Positions 51,401 to 62,422 of a stretch of DNA of 64,000 nt are shown in pieces. Below the pieces are notes generated by a model. It had not been told where the DNA came from, did no database searches, and saw only the letters and a list, made by a program, of their open reading frames with translations. Every line of letters begins with the position of its first letter. Positions within the stretch are counted from its first letter, which is position 1. The position numbers and the translations under genes were made by a program. The stretch comes from Lytechinus pictus (taxonomy: Eukaryota): positions 2,854,001 to 2,918,000 of the forward strand of contig NC_087252.1 in assembly GCF_037042905.1 (NCBI RefSeq), in the 5' to 3' direction.

Positions 51401-54328
51401 GGAAACCCTTTCAATTATCTTTTCAACTGTTATCATCATCATCATTATCAATATTATGAATGATATTCTAGTTGCAATGAACTTACCTCCATATCTGGCC
51501 CTATGGGGAATACTGGCTGTGCCTCCTTGTATTTCGTGTATTCATTGTCAAAAGAAAGCACTCCATTGTCGTTTACCTGTACAAGGAGGGAAAATGAAGA
51601 GGAGGAGGAAGGGGGGGGGGGTGGGCGAAGAGAGAAAAGAGGGTGGGGACGGAAAAGGAAGAATGAGTGTGGTCAATTAGCGCGTCATAAGTGTAAAATA
51701 ATGGCAATCATATCATGACCTAACCCTAACCCATAGCCACCGTGCTAATTTATATTATTATTATTATTTTATTGTAACAGAGGTTTTGGTAAAATTAAAC
51801 TACGTTTGATCTTTTTTATGACGCTAGTTTGAAATTTGAAGACACCATGAATTATTAATATCGTCGCAGTACATTCAGTAAAAAGTCAGAAATTCTTTCC
51901 AGAGAGTACAGAATGCACCAAATGTATGTTTCGGTCGAGTTATTACGCCACACAAAGGGTGAGTTCAGATTATGAATTATTCATTAATTGCAATCTGATT
52001 TTTTTTTTGTGTAAACCAATGCTGAAACATACTTTGTTAAATACTTTGTGGCAGTTAATTTGAATGGACCGCGATTTATGTTAGGCCTATTTTGTACGCT
52101 ATTACATAGAGGGCAGTGTTTATAAATACATCTATCATGTCTATAGTTCATTTTGGCGTACTCGGATTTCAAGTGTTGCTATTTTAGTAACATTTTGAAT
52201 GAAAAAAGGCTGTGGTTCCCATTAAATTAGTAACACACACACGCTCACACAAGTAGAAAGTATTGCATAAATGTAAAACAAAATAGAATCAGATTTCAAG
52301 TGGATCTACAACCTTTACTAAAAATTTGAAAAAGGATAGGTCTATACTAGTTAACAAAGACAAATTGGGTTATAAAACTAGGGCACTTGTTTAGGGGCCT
52401 GCATAAATCCTACTGATTTGACAATTTAGGATATGATTTATGAAAAAAAAGATGCTTCTATAAGATATTTGGTTAACCATGTGTAAAATGTGGAAAATAA
52501 AAGAAAGCTACGTACAAACATTTTCCAGTATTTCTCGTTGTAAAATGGTATGCCCCATCTCAGTTCAATGGCTGGCGAGGCAACATCATTGCTCTGTCTC
52601 AAATAATCATCACGATTTCCTTCCCCATAAGGATAAAAATCTGGAGAACAGAAAAAAGGAGGGAAATTAACAAAAAATCTTAATATTTTACTGAATACCT
52701 ATTCTTATAATAATGTTCTCATTTATGGTAATTGATCTGTAATTGTGTTCATGTCAAAATTCTGTATAATGTTGCTGGATGATTTATGTACAGTATATAT
52801 CTAATGTGTTGTACTCTGCATGCATGCATGTAAACAAGATGAATTTCTACAAAGCTGAACCATGAAACAATAATAATGAAACAAATAGTACAGCAAAACA
52901 TGGTCATCTCAACCGAATACAATTTGTTGGACACATAACAATGCCCGTAAATATTTATTCAAGATACTAAAAAAGGGGGGAATAATTACCTCATCGCTGA
53001 CGTTAATAAGGATGATGGCAAATGCTTTAGCAGCCATGATGATGGTGGGGATGATTTGAATAAAACGAGAAAAATCTAACAAGCGTAACATTAAAAATTT
53101 CATCAAAATCGCATGTAAAATTAAGAAAGTTATGACATTTTGAAGTTTCGCTTAATTTCACAAAACAGTTGTAATGCACATCCTGGGCGGTATGCAAATG
53201 GGGAAACTGATGACGTCATCCACTCACTATTTCTTTTACATTTTATTACAATGAAATATGACATTTTTTAAATTTTCTCCTCATTGTCAAATGAAGCAAA
53301 ATTTATCCCTGAACATGTGGAATAAGCATGGTTTTAATATCATATGTTTCAGTCAAGTTGGTCCTTATTGTCTAATCTGTAAGAAATGAAACATCGTATA
53401 ATTCAAACAATAAAAAAAAAACAGAAGAAAGAATGAGGGACATCGATTGTCCAATTTGCATGTCTCTGAATTGTGCATATCAATGTTTTGTGAAAGATAA
53501 GCGGAACTTTCAAATGTCATAACTTTCATATTTTACATCCGATTTTGATGAATTTTTTTGCATTATGCTAAGTTTGATTTTTCTCTATTTATTCAAATCA
53601 ACATTTTTCTGGGGTGGACTTAACCTTTAAATAATTCGCTTATTTGCCTGGTTTGACTTTGCTCACTTAATTGGTAAAATCTGAAGAAATTTGGGGCCAT
53701 GTACGTCACATTTCCATAATATTTTTATTAAGATAATAATATTAACGTGTTATCAACAATGATGATGATAGTGATGATGATGATGATGATAATACTTATA
53801 TTGATGATGAAAATTATAGCATTCATAATAATAACAACGGTAATTGTAAAAACAGTGATGATAGAAAGATGATAATGATTATAATCATAACACAGCAAGT
53901 TTTATAAACACAATGAGAATCACCAATAATAACTGTTATTATTCATGATTATTGTTTCGCGGTATTAACGCTTTTCACAATTAAACTGCGCATAATTGTA
54001 ATGAAATCAATATGTATTCATCGCCCGATGAAAGTGAGTTTAGAAAAATCAGAAAGTGCTGAAAATGATGGAGAAAGGAATCCATGAACCATGATTTCAA
54101 TTTTCCCATTATAATTTGGTATCATAAGTCTTTAAACAATCTTAGTTATTGCTTTCCATGGTTCAAAGCATTTCAATGGGCGCCATTTTGGAATTCAACC
54201 CTCATCAATCCTTAGCATCCATACCGGAAACAAAAATGGACAAAAATATACTTACATCGCTGATTTTCTGCAATTACTTGAACTGCACCAAGACAGCAGC
54301 ACATTAGGACGAAAATCCCCTTCGCCAT
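27842..54328 (-). CDS. mesh: Mesh/SUSD2-like single-pass membrane protein, 22 coding exons, 1212 aa (SP-NIDO-IPT/TIG-AMOP-VWD-CCP-CCP-TM-cytoplasmic tail)
   Basis: Hand-spliced exons (listed below) total 3639 nt, with GT-AG at every junction, compatible phases and no internal stop. Family motifs include [31 protein letters not shown] (NIDO), PCPC and CCY (AMOP), [11 protein letters not shown] (VWD), two CCP modules and a hydrophobic TM. The symbol is assigned from domain architecture, not from a phylogeny. Confidence 0.9.
28310..28590. repeat. (ATC)n microsatellite in intron 21
   Basis: Direct reading. Confidence 0.95.
28609..28753 (-). CDS. mesh: mesh-like exon 21 (transmembrane)
   Basis: [47 protein letters not shown]: a hydrophobic helix followed by a basic stop-transfer segment; acAG/GTAAGG. 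Confidence 0.92.
29142..29324 (-). CDS. mesh: mesh-like exon 20 (Sushi/CCP 2)
   Basis: [14 protein letters not shown]...[32 protein letters not shown]; gtAG/GTAAGT; phase 1-1. Confidence 0.9.
29849..30049 (-). CDS. mesh: mesh-like exon 19 (Sushi/CCP 1)
   Basis: [13 protein letters not shown]...[25 protein letters not shown]...ECL; tcAG/GTAAGA; phase 1-1. Confidence 0.92.
30173..30324. mobile_element. Short GC-terminal TIR element (hAT-like) inserted in a Harbinger MITE
   Basis: TIR CAGGGGCCGCGGAAC / GTTCCGCGGCCCCTG; CTTCT on both sides. Confidence 0.75.
30803..31372. mobile_element. Kolobok/T2-type MITE copy (damaged ends)
   Basis: Body matches the 10034 and 55776 copies. Confidence 0.75.
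31684..31947 (-). CDS. mesh: mesh-like exon 18
   Basis: [30 protein letters not shown]...[40 protein letters not shown]; ccAG/GTGAGT. Confidence 0.92.
32470..32596 (-). CDS. mesh: mesh-like exon 17 (VWD end)
   Basis: [42 protein letters not shown] (GLxGN...ND motif); gtAG/GTGAGT. Confidence 0.92.
32830..33130. mobile_element. CACTA/EnSpm-like MITE
   Basis: TA|CACTGTTAAGAA...TTCTAACAGTG|TA. Confidence 0.6.
33462..33830. repeat. (ATC)n/(ACC)n microsatellite in intron 16
   Basis: Direct reading. Confidence 0.95.
33853..33998 (-). CDS. mesh: mesh-like exon 16 (VWD)
   Basis: [49 protein letters not shown]; ccAG/GTAGAT. Confidence 0.88.
34051..34270. repeat. Perfect 5 x 44-bp tandem repeat in intron 15
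   Basis: Unit ACGAAACAAACGGTGAGCTTGTAGCATGTTTAGTAATGGCATGA. Confidence 0.95.
34432..34587 (-). CDS. mesh: mesh-like exon 15 (VWD)
   Basis: [52 protein letters not shown]; ttAG/GTAAAT. Confidence 0.87.
35123..35275 (-). CDS. mesh: mesh-like exon 14 (VWD start, GDPH site)
   Basis: [51 protein letters not shown]; acAG/GTTAGT. Confidence 0.93.
35690..36395 (-). mobile_element. Decayed L1/Tx1-clade LINE ORF2 3' fragment
   Basis: The minus strand reads [38 protein letters not shown] and then VKSIWEEI, resembling the region around the C-terminal zinc knuckle. Confidence 0.6.
37160..38520. repeat. Degenerate ~30-35-bp tandem array (GGGCGCCAAATTGATGTTCGAACTAGG)
   Basis: Direct reading; roughly 40 units. 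Confidence 0.93.
39144..39642. mobile_element. Kolobok/T2-type MITE copy, 3'-truncated
   Basis: TTAA|AGGACAAGTCCACCCC start and the family body. Confidence 0.8.
42015..42280 (-). CDS. mesh: mesh-like exon 13 (AMOP)
   Basis: [18 protein letters not shown]...[35 protein letters not shown]; tcAG/GTAAGC. Confidence 0.93.
42624..42787 (-). CDS. mesh: mesh-like exon 12 (AMOP)
   Basis: [27 protein letters not shown]...[17 protein letters not shown]; ttAG/GTTGGG. Confidence 0.9.
43917..44064 (-). CDS. mesh: mesh-like exon 11 (start of AMOP)
   Basis: [49 protein letters not shown]; acAG/GTACGT. Confidence 0.9.
44265..44503. mobile_element. CACTA/EnSpm-like MITE
   Basis: TA|CACTGTAAAAAC...GTTTTTGCTGTG|TA with internal AACACC/GGTGTT repeats. 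Confidence 0.65.
44946..45105 (-). CDS. mesh: mesh-like exon 10
   Basis: [53 protein letters not shown]; acAG/GTACGA. Confidence 0.87.
45616..45753 (-). CDS. mesh: mesh-like exon 9
   Basis: [46 protein letters not shown]; ttAG/GTAAGT. Confidence 0.87.
46377..46640 (-). CDS. mesh: mesh-like exon 8 (IPT/TIG Ig-like)
   Basis: [25 protein letters not shown]...[34 protein letters not shown]; gtAG/GTGATA. Confidence 0.9.
47688..47853 (-). CDS. mesh: mesh-like exon 7 (end of NIDO)
   Basis: [55 protein letters not shown]; ccAG/GTGAGT. Confidence 0.92.
48343..48480 (-). CDS. mesh: mesh-like exon 6 (NIDO)
   Basis: [46 protein letters not shown]; ttcAG/GTAATA. Confidence 0.92.
49624..49720 (-). CDS. 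mesh: mesh-like exon 5 (NIDO)
   Basis: [32 protein letters not shown]; aaAG/GTAAGT. Confidence 0.88.
49975..50108 (-). CDS. mesh: mesh-like exon 4 (NIDO)
   Basis: [44 protein letters not shown]; aaAG/GTAAGT. Confidence 0.9.
50216..50452. mobile_element. hAT-like MITE
   Basis: TIR CAGGAGCGGATCCAGG / CCTGGATCCGCCCCTG. Confidence 0.7.
51487..51576 (-). CDS. mesh: mesh-like exon 3
   Basis: [30 protein letters not shown] (NxNGxLSF motif); acAG/GTAAGT. Confidence 0.88.
52516..52640 (-). CDS. mesh: mesh-like exon 2 (pre-NIDO)
   Basis: ctccAG acceptor; [48 protein letters not shown] donor. Confidence 0.88.
53053..53626. mobile_element. Kolobok/T2-type MITE copy, 5' end lost
   Basis: Ends GGGGTGGACTTAACCT|TTAA; family body. 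Confidence 0.8.
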
Positions 54329-54950
54329 CTTGGTCCCTGATGATATTGCACAAAAAGAAATTCACCGTATATCCTCTTATAGTATTGAGACTCCTTCAGA
54401 CGGTTTCTATCATTTTCCATACACCGTTCCCGCCTAAATATACATATATTATTCGCATTCTATACACTGCATTGCTTAGGCGTTTTACAGTTTGGACGTG
54501 TGGAATATGTAAAGTTAAAACCTAATGCTCGCAAGGAATGATGGGTGATGACCTGTGACCTTACACATTGGAAATGTACAAACAAAATTATATCAGGGCT
54601 TTTGTCAATAGATAGTTAAAAATTAACATCATGATACATAATGCTGTACCAGGCATGGGGTGCGTCCGAATGGACCATCCCATTGATCTGGAAGGGGTGT
54701 AGATAATCAATATGCATAGTTTATTATTTGTTGTTGATTCTATAACGTTATCATAATGGACATCCCTTTGTAAGGAAATCTCTCCGATAAAACAATAATT
54801 ACAAATTGTTTGCGGTACACCATCTACAACCGCACACAAAATGTGTGCATTCGAGCAGGGGGGGGGGGGGGGGGTGTCGTGAGTCGCAGATGACCAAGCC
54901 TGGGACAAAATCATAACCACGGCTTGTTTTCAGACGTCACGTGACCTCTT
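54170..54950 (-). promoter_or_regulatory. Promoter-proximal region of the mesh-like gene
   Basis: YY1-type CAAGATGGCG over the ATG and CAAAATGGCG near 54181; DR1 TGACCTGTGACCT at 54549-54561; palindromic GTCACGTGAC at 54936-54945. Confidence 0.45.
54256..54328 (-). CDS. mesh: mesh-like exon 1 (start codon and signal peptide)
   Basis: aagATGGcg context; [24 protein letters not shown]; donor GTAAGT; phase 1 fits exon 2. Confidence 0.82.
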
Positions 54951-55775
54951 TCAAGATTATAGGATGAATAAATAATTAAAATTAGTTTCCTATGGACAAA
55001 CATAGCGCGGGGGTATTTCCTGTTTATTTTGATTTGGAAATGCTGAAAGTGTGAAGCCATCGGTTTTTAATAACTTCCAAAACATTTCAAATGAACAAAC
55101 TTAATCTAATTTATTGTCTCAATAGTCCCATAGACATGACAAAAGTGCGGGATCGGTCATTTTTGTTCATTTTTTATCGTTGATGAAACTAATAAATGAT
55201 CGGTGCGGCATATTATTTATGAATTCATTAAAATAAGAGACCAAACATTGTTTTCATTCGCAAAATAATGACTGGGTGAAGAGAAATAGAGAAAAATACT
55301 ATTTATTTTGCAAGATTTCGCACTTGTCTACCACCAAATTAATCATTCGTTAAACTCCTTTTTATCTGAAATGTACTTTGAAAGGAAGTGTACGTGGAAA
55401 TATAATATGAGGTAAACAAGATAAGCATGCAAAATACGCAATTTCATACTCTTTATTTATGGTACACGTATTCAACTTCAATTATAATCTGTTTCATTTT
55501 ATGCCCCATATAAACATAACAATATGAAATACAATACCATTTACAAATACTCTACAACAATCAGAAAATTCGCTGCTAAAACCACATAACGGAAACTAAT
55601 AAAGAAGTATTCTAAAATGGCAATTATACGATAGAATGAATTATTCTAAATAATTCAAATTATGCCTGTACTAATCCCAAACAAGTTTAAAACAAACTTA
55701 CAAAAATACGAAAATTATAACCATGAATATTGATAAACAATATTATAACCATTAAAAAAATTTCAAGAGTGATGA

Positions 55776-56378
55776 AGGACAAGTCCACCCCAACAAAACA
55801 GTCGATTTGAATAAAAAAGAGAAAGATCCAGCATGCATAACACTGAAAATTTAATCAAAATCGGATGTAAAATAAGAAAGTTATGACATTTTAAAGTTTC
55901 GCTTAATTTCACAAAACAGTTATATGCACATCCTGCTCGGTGTGCAAATAAGGGGACTGATGACATCACTCAGTCACTATTTCTTTTGTATCTTATTATA
56001 TGAAATATGAAATATTCTAATTTTCTCCTCACTGTTCTGTAAAAAAAGTAATATTCCTTTAATGAACATGTGGTATTGTTATAAAATGTTATGGTTCAGT
56101 TAAGTTGGTCCTTAATGTCAAATTGGTAAAAATTGAAATATTGTATAATTCAAACAATAAAAAACAAAAAAGAAATAGTAAATGATGGACATCATCAATG
56201 ATGTCTCATTTGCATGTCACTGAATTTGGAATAGAACTGTTTTGTGAAAAATAAGCAAAACTTTAAAATGTCATAACTTTCTTAGTTTGTATCCGATTTT
56301 GATGAAATTTTCAGCATTATGCTTGTTTTCCTTTCCTCTATTGATTCAAACCAACATTTTCTGGTGTGGACTTACCCT
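55776..56378. mobile_element. Kolobok/T2-type MITE copy
   Basis: AGGACAAGTCCACCCC...GTGTGGACTTACCCT|TTAA. Confidence 0.82.
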
Positions 56379-57987
56379 TTAACATGAAATATGACTTGTG
56401 TGGCCTACCAATATTATATCAGTATCTCTGTCCGAACATTTAATTCCATAATAAAGGGAAGACTATTACGTATCTGAGATTGTATGCCAATATTGAATAA
56501 ACCCATCTGTTGACAAATCATAAGATTAACTTAAATTAATAATAAAACAATTTGGAAATCAAAGCAATTAACTAGAATACGGGGTTAGGAAACGGATCTT
56601 TTCAACTGCAGCTTCAAACTGAATATTTGCAAAAGTATATGGCACTGCGATTTTTATGGCATATACATTATCCTATCTGATTTAGCAGTGAATGAATGAT
56701 TACTGACTCACGTTGGCAATAGCACGAATAGAGCAAACATTTGTAATAGGAAAGGAATTTGTTGACTCAAGCAAGTGTTTACTATCTAGTAAAGTATTAA
56801 CGGCGTGGGGGCAAAGTTGTGATGACATGGGGTGCAATAAGGAAAAGAATATCCTTCTTTGATAATGTTGCAAGCCTATTACCATCCTCACGTAGAATTT
56901 GGTATAGTTTTGGAAAGAACGTGCTTTTCTAGACTATGGAACGCCGCACGTATCGTTTCACAATATTGGTATTTTTAAAGCTTTCTTGTGAGCCCATCGC
57001 CGCTCGTTCTCTCTCTCCTTCACATGCCCTCTTCGCTTCTCGTTCTCTGTATTTCCCCCTATACTTTGTGTTTAGTTAAACCGTAACATTTTATTTTTTT
57101 CTTCTTTTTTATCCTTGTTCTTGTCGTTGTTGTAGTTGTTCTACTTCTTTTCATTTTTTTCGATTCCCCTTCTTCTTGAACCTTGATTTTTTTTCTCAAG
57201 ACGCCTTTTTTCTTTTCTTCTTCATTTTCAATCACTCCTTTTGTGTCCCCTTCTAATTTCATTTTTTTTTCTTTTCCTTTCATACAATTCTCTCCTTTTT
57301 ATATATTGGCATAACCACTGTTTCTTTCACTCTGTTTCTTATAATGTCTCCATTGCTTTCGTGATCGTTCTTCCCTCTTCTTTTTCCCTCTAAATATTTT
57401 GCCTGAAATTAATAATGGTTCTTTACAAGAAAGCATTGCAAAAGTATCGTTGAAGCATGGAGCTATCAATAGCTCCATGGTTGAAGGTAGTTTCACCGAG
57501 TATTAAAATTTTGTTGTTACAGAACTCGTCACACGTCCACATGCCACTCTGATAGAGCGCCACCAAGCGATCAACATGGAAAAAATTAAACGTAGAAGCT
57601 GACGTAATTTCTCACACCCTTTTTCGTATGAACACAAATAAATAAAAAAAGAATTCCTAGGTAAGGAGAAGTCGAAATAATTCATAATTTACATTTTCAG
57701 TCTGTTTTTCACTAAACCATGTAAACTGGTGTAGGATAATTTAAATATTTTAAGCCCATGGCGATAAAAGGCAGTTCTATTTCTCTGACCAATTGGACAA
57801 AGTTACGTAATGAGCATCACATTTTGAGGGGGCACACAATGGCATACGTGAACAACTTATATAAGCGCGTGATCGAGCAAAACGGGCGATAATATTTTTT
57901 TAAATTCAAATCTAATTTTGTGACATATTTCAACAAAATACACCGACAGTATTCTCATGCTTTACCATTTGAATTTCATCACCGTCA

Positions 57988-59345
57988 TCAAGTAGTTACC
58001 ATGCAGACGGTTCTTTCTGATTCACTGCCTATTAAATGCGGAGTCCCTCAAGGAAGCATTTTAGGTCCCATTCTTTTTATGTCTTACATCAATGATATGT
58101 GTACTTGTATTAACGAATCTAAATTAATTTTATATGCTGATGATAGTGTCTTGCTATATTCAGATACAAATCCAATGATAATTGATAAAAAACTTAGTGC
58201 AGATCTGGCAAATTGCATTAAATGGATGTCTGACAACAAGCTTAGTTTACACGTTGGGAAAACAGAAAGCATTTTATTTTGTTCGAAACGAAAGTTAAGA
58301 TATACACACGATTTCAAGGTTTCATATAATAATCAGGTAATTGACATAAAAAAAATCAGTAAAATATTTGGGAATTAATTTAACAAGTAACCTATCATGG
58401 ACGGGTTTGGTAGACTCAATCGTCAAAAAGACAAATTCACGCTTGAGATTTTTGTATAGATATCAAACCTGTTTGAATATGAAGTCTAGACGTATTTTAT
58501 GCTTTGCTTTAATACAATGTCTATTCGACTATGCTAATGCGGCTTGGTACGGTAGTCTGGGTGTTACGGATAAGAAAAAGCTAAGAATAATTCAAGATAA
58601 AATTGTAAGATACATAAATGTTTTAGGACCAAGAGCACATGTCGGATGTAAAGAACTTGAAAACGCAGGATTACTCCATGTAGATCACAGATCACAACAA
58701 TTAGTATTACACCACGTGCATAAAATATTCTATTCGCATACATTAGATCATTAAATAGCAAATAATTTCACCCGTGTATCAAATATCCATAGGTACGGTA
58801 CTCGAAATAGTAATTTTCATTTTGTATTACCAAAACGTGAAGGACATATAGGGAACACTTTTTATTTTAATGGCATCCAATCTTGGAATGCTCTTCCCAA
58901 TCAAATAAAAAGCAGTTAAAATATTTTCTCAATTTAAGAGTGCATTAAAGAAGCACCTAAAACTTGAAGCTACCCGAGAGCAATATAACCAGTAAAAATC
59001 AAACATTTTGTACAGTTGGTTTCTAGTATTGTAGATAATGTAGGGTATGTTGAAATATAATCTTGTTTCATATATTAGGAGGATTGTTGTTTGCTTCAGA
59101 TGTTTGCATATTATTTGACTGATGGATATGTATGTATGTATTTCATTATTATTATTTTAAAACCATATTCCAGTACTTGTCGTAGTTTATACTTTTGTTA
59201 CAATATGTTAATGTTTTATACTAACTATAGGACCCCATTGGAAATAAGCCTTTCGGCTTTCATGGGCTATCCTGTCAAGGTATTCTTCAATTTTATTGTA
59301 ATCTCCTGTGATATTCTTGACGAATAAAATCAATCAATCAATCAA
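57988..59345 (+). mobile_element. 5'-truncated CR1/L2-group LINE (RT pseudogene, 3'UTR and (ATCA)n tail)
   Basis: CGVPQGSILGPILF and LYADDS RT motifs; KYLG after a frameshift in an A-run near 58350; HRYGTR and WNALP C-terminal motifs after a stop at 58752; tail AATAAAATCAATCAATCAATCA. Confidence 0.92.
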
Positions 59346-59734
59346 ACAAGCAACATTATTATGATAACTACATATATACCATGTATATAGTACAAAACCA
59401 GGTTTGGATAACATCAGGATTGTTGAATTTATTTTGAACCGACTTATTGCAATGGTGTACAATGTTGGAATTCGTTTTTTTTTATCACGTGAAATAAGAA
59501 AAAAAAAATTCTCACATGTTGAAAAGCTATTGAAACGAGATATGAAGAATGTTTCCACTGAATCTTTAACTGAAGTTTTTATCAACCTTTTTATTTCATT
59601 TTGTTTGAAGCTGTTGTCATTTGCCACAATTAAGATTAAGGGAGTACTCTACATAAAATAATACATCCCCTTTCTTTAAGGAATGTGAACACCTTTAATA
59701 TAGATATAGATTGGTTGATTGGAGTTTATTTGCC

Positions 59735-60131
59735 TGGGTCCGAAAACGAAATGAGGTTCGTAATTCCGAAAGTTCGTTAGTCCGAAAACAAAGTGAGGTT
59801 CGTAATTCCGAAGGTTCGTCAGTCCGAAAACGTAATGCTAACGAACCTTATTTCGTTTTCGGATTAACGAACCTTCGGAACAACGAACCTTATTTCGTTT
59901 TCGGACTAACGAACCTTCGGAACATCGAACCTTATTTCGTTTTCGGATTATCGAACCTTCGGAATAACGAACCTTCGGAATGACGCCACATATGTTCGGA
60001 TTAACGAACCCTTTTACGTTTTCGGATTAACGAACATCGAGGTATAGGCAATTTACGTGTTTCGGAATTACGAACCTTCGGAATAAAGAACCTTCGGAAT
60101 TACGAACCTTCGGAATTACGAAGTGTAACCG
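59735..60131. mobile_element. Foldback/MULE-like MITE, copy 1 (left end truncated)
   Basis: TTCCGAAGGTTCG units switch to CGAACCTTCGGAA units; ends CGAAGTGTAACCG. Confidence 0.75.
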
Positions 60132-60922
60132 TTTTTATTATCAAAATTGAAACCATAGTGTATATACCTCTTCTCTATGATAATGTGTCACTTGTCCCAG
60201 TGATTGTCAACTTAACAACAAACAGTGAAGTGAAACAACTTCCCTTTCAGGCACGATATGAAGAATTTTAAACTTCGTAAAATTATGTGATACAATTTTA
60301 GATACATTTCCTCCAGTCGCATTTTCAGTACTGTTTTTTACGGAGCAAACCAGACAAACGGATTTCTATATGGGCCAATAAGAGTGACCCAAACAAGATG
60401 TTCTTTTTAGGTCAAAGGTCAATTGTAAAATACCCGAGTAAATTGGTATTGTGGTTTTTTTTTACTACGCTAATTGGTTTTGATGGATCAACCTCCATGA
60501 TAAAATAATAACAATAATACAACTCAAAATGCTGACAATTCATCACATTATGTAGAAATAAAAACAACAAAGACATCGAATATTAGAGTTGAGCTATATT
60601 TTGTAAAATGAATGGTAATGGATATGCAATAGATGGATAGATGTCATCACTTTTACATTTTATTACATTTCGTCAAAATAATTTCATATTTTCATACCAA
60701 ACATCCACATGTTGTGGCAACATATGAAATTAAAAGTTATTGAAATAAAGTTTGATCCTCTTTTTACATTACGGTGGCAATAAATGAATAAATTTGAGTT
60801 CATATAACAAATAATAAGTAAAGAGGTTACAATCAGCTTACAAATCGTACATTCAGTAAGACTTGAAAATGTTTTACTGAATCAATCATTTTGATCAATG
60901 GCACTGTGAGCCAAAAATATCG

Positions 60923-61463
60923 CGCATACATTCGTAATTCCGAAGCTTCGTTATTCCGAAGGTTCGTATTTCCGAAGGTTCGTAATTCCGAAGGTTCGTT
61001 AGTCCGAAAACGAAATGAGTTTCGTAATTCCGAAGGTTCGTTAGTCCGAAAACGAAGTGAGGTTCGTAATTCCGAAGGTTCGTTAATCCGAAAAAGAAAT
61101 GAGGTTCGTAATTCCGAAGGTTCGTTAGTCCGAAAACTAAATGATAAACTAACCATATTTCGTTTTCGGACTAACGAACCTTATTTCGTTTTCGGATTAA
61201 CGGACCTTCGAAACAACGAACCTTATTTCGTTTTCGGATTAACGAACCTTCGGAACATCGAACCTTATTTCGTTTTCGGATTATCGAACCTTCGGAATAA
61301 CGAACCTTCGGAATAACGCCACAAATGTTCGGATTAACGAACCCTTTTACGTTTTCGGATTAACGAACATCGAGGTATAGGTAATTTGCGTGTTTCGGAA
61401 TTACGAACCTTCGGAATAAAGAACCTTCGGAATTACGAATCTTCGGAATTACGAAGTGTAACC
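60923..61463. mobile_element. Foldback/MULE-like MITE, copy 2
   Basis: Same inverted subrepeat arms; flanks AAAATATCG / AAAATATTG form a 9-bp TSD with one mismatch. Confidence 0.8.
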
Positions 61464-62060
61464 AAAATATTGAGGGGGCAGATATGGCGTAACGAGTACA
61501 AAAGTGCGAGTGAGCGAAGCAAGCGAGCAAAATTTCCATTTTTAATTACAAAATTCAAATTTTGTGATAGATTTTGACATATCATCCAGAAAATATTACT
61601 ACTACACCCTTTTTTCCTGGTCGTAAAAAATTATGTACGCAACTGAATTTGATATGCCATAACTTTGTAATGCATTGTCCGATTTTGATGTTGTGTATTT
61701 TTTTTTACTTTCCGTTATCTGTCCAGGGATCCGTAACAGCAAGTTTAGCAATCATCGTAGAACATTTTTAGATAGATTTATTGCATATAATACAAAGAAC
61801 GAATATTCATGAAAATCAAGCGTACGATTAATTGCTCACGTTTGTGCAAAGGGACGCAGATCATTTCATTTTACCATGGAGAAGCAGTTTAAGGAAATAA
61901 AAAGCTTCAGCAATTCTCGGTTTCGTTTTTTCTTGGACGTTTTGAAACCGAAACCATAACTGTTTAAAAAATAGAACAATCCATTTTGAATGTCACGTAC
62001 CTTGATGAATGAAAGTTGATACCAATACACAAATAATATTATCGGTTGGTTTATTTCCTT

Positions 62061-62338
62061 GGTCCCGGCTTACAAAGAGTTGCGATTGATCTGATCAACC
62101 ACAACTACGGAAAGCCAACAACGTCAGCATGGTCAACATCTCTTATGCATGTTTATTCAAACTATTATCTAACTACGATTTATATTCATACAGTCGTTGT
62201 TTTTCATGAAAATTTCAGTGAGCTCCTTTTTGTTTACCGAGGACATTGTTCATATTTCTTGTAGAAAAGATGACAATTATCGATTTCCATAGAATTGAGG
62301 TTGATCGGATCAATCGTAACTCTTTGTAAGACGGGACG
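62061..62338. mobile_element. Harbinger-type MITE copy
   Basis: GGTCCCGGCTTACAAAGAGTTGCGATTGATC...GATCAATCGTAACTCTTTGTAAGACGGGAC. Confidence 0.78.
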
Positions 62339-62422
62339 ATGTAATCATAGAGTTATTTATTGAAAGGGTGCATATACTACTATGAAAGTTACAATCACAT
62401 CTACACAACCAACTCCACACCG

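Noticed and set aside
51718..51732. CCTAACCCTAACCC as interstitial telomere
   Set aside because: Only about two units; compatible with chance.
57920..58754. RT ORFs as a domesticated gene, retron or other novel RT system
   Set aside because: This is an ordinary 5'-truncated CR1/L2-type LINE with a frameshift, a premature stop and a tandem-repeat tail.
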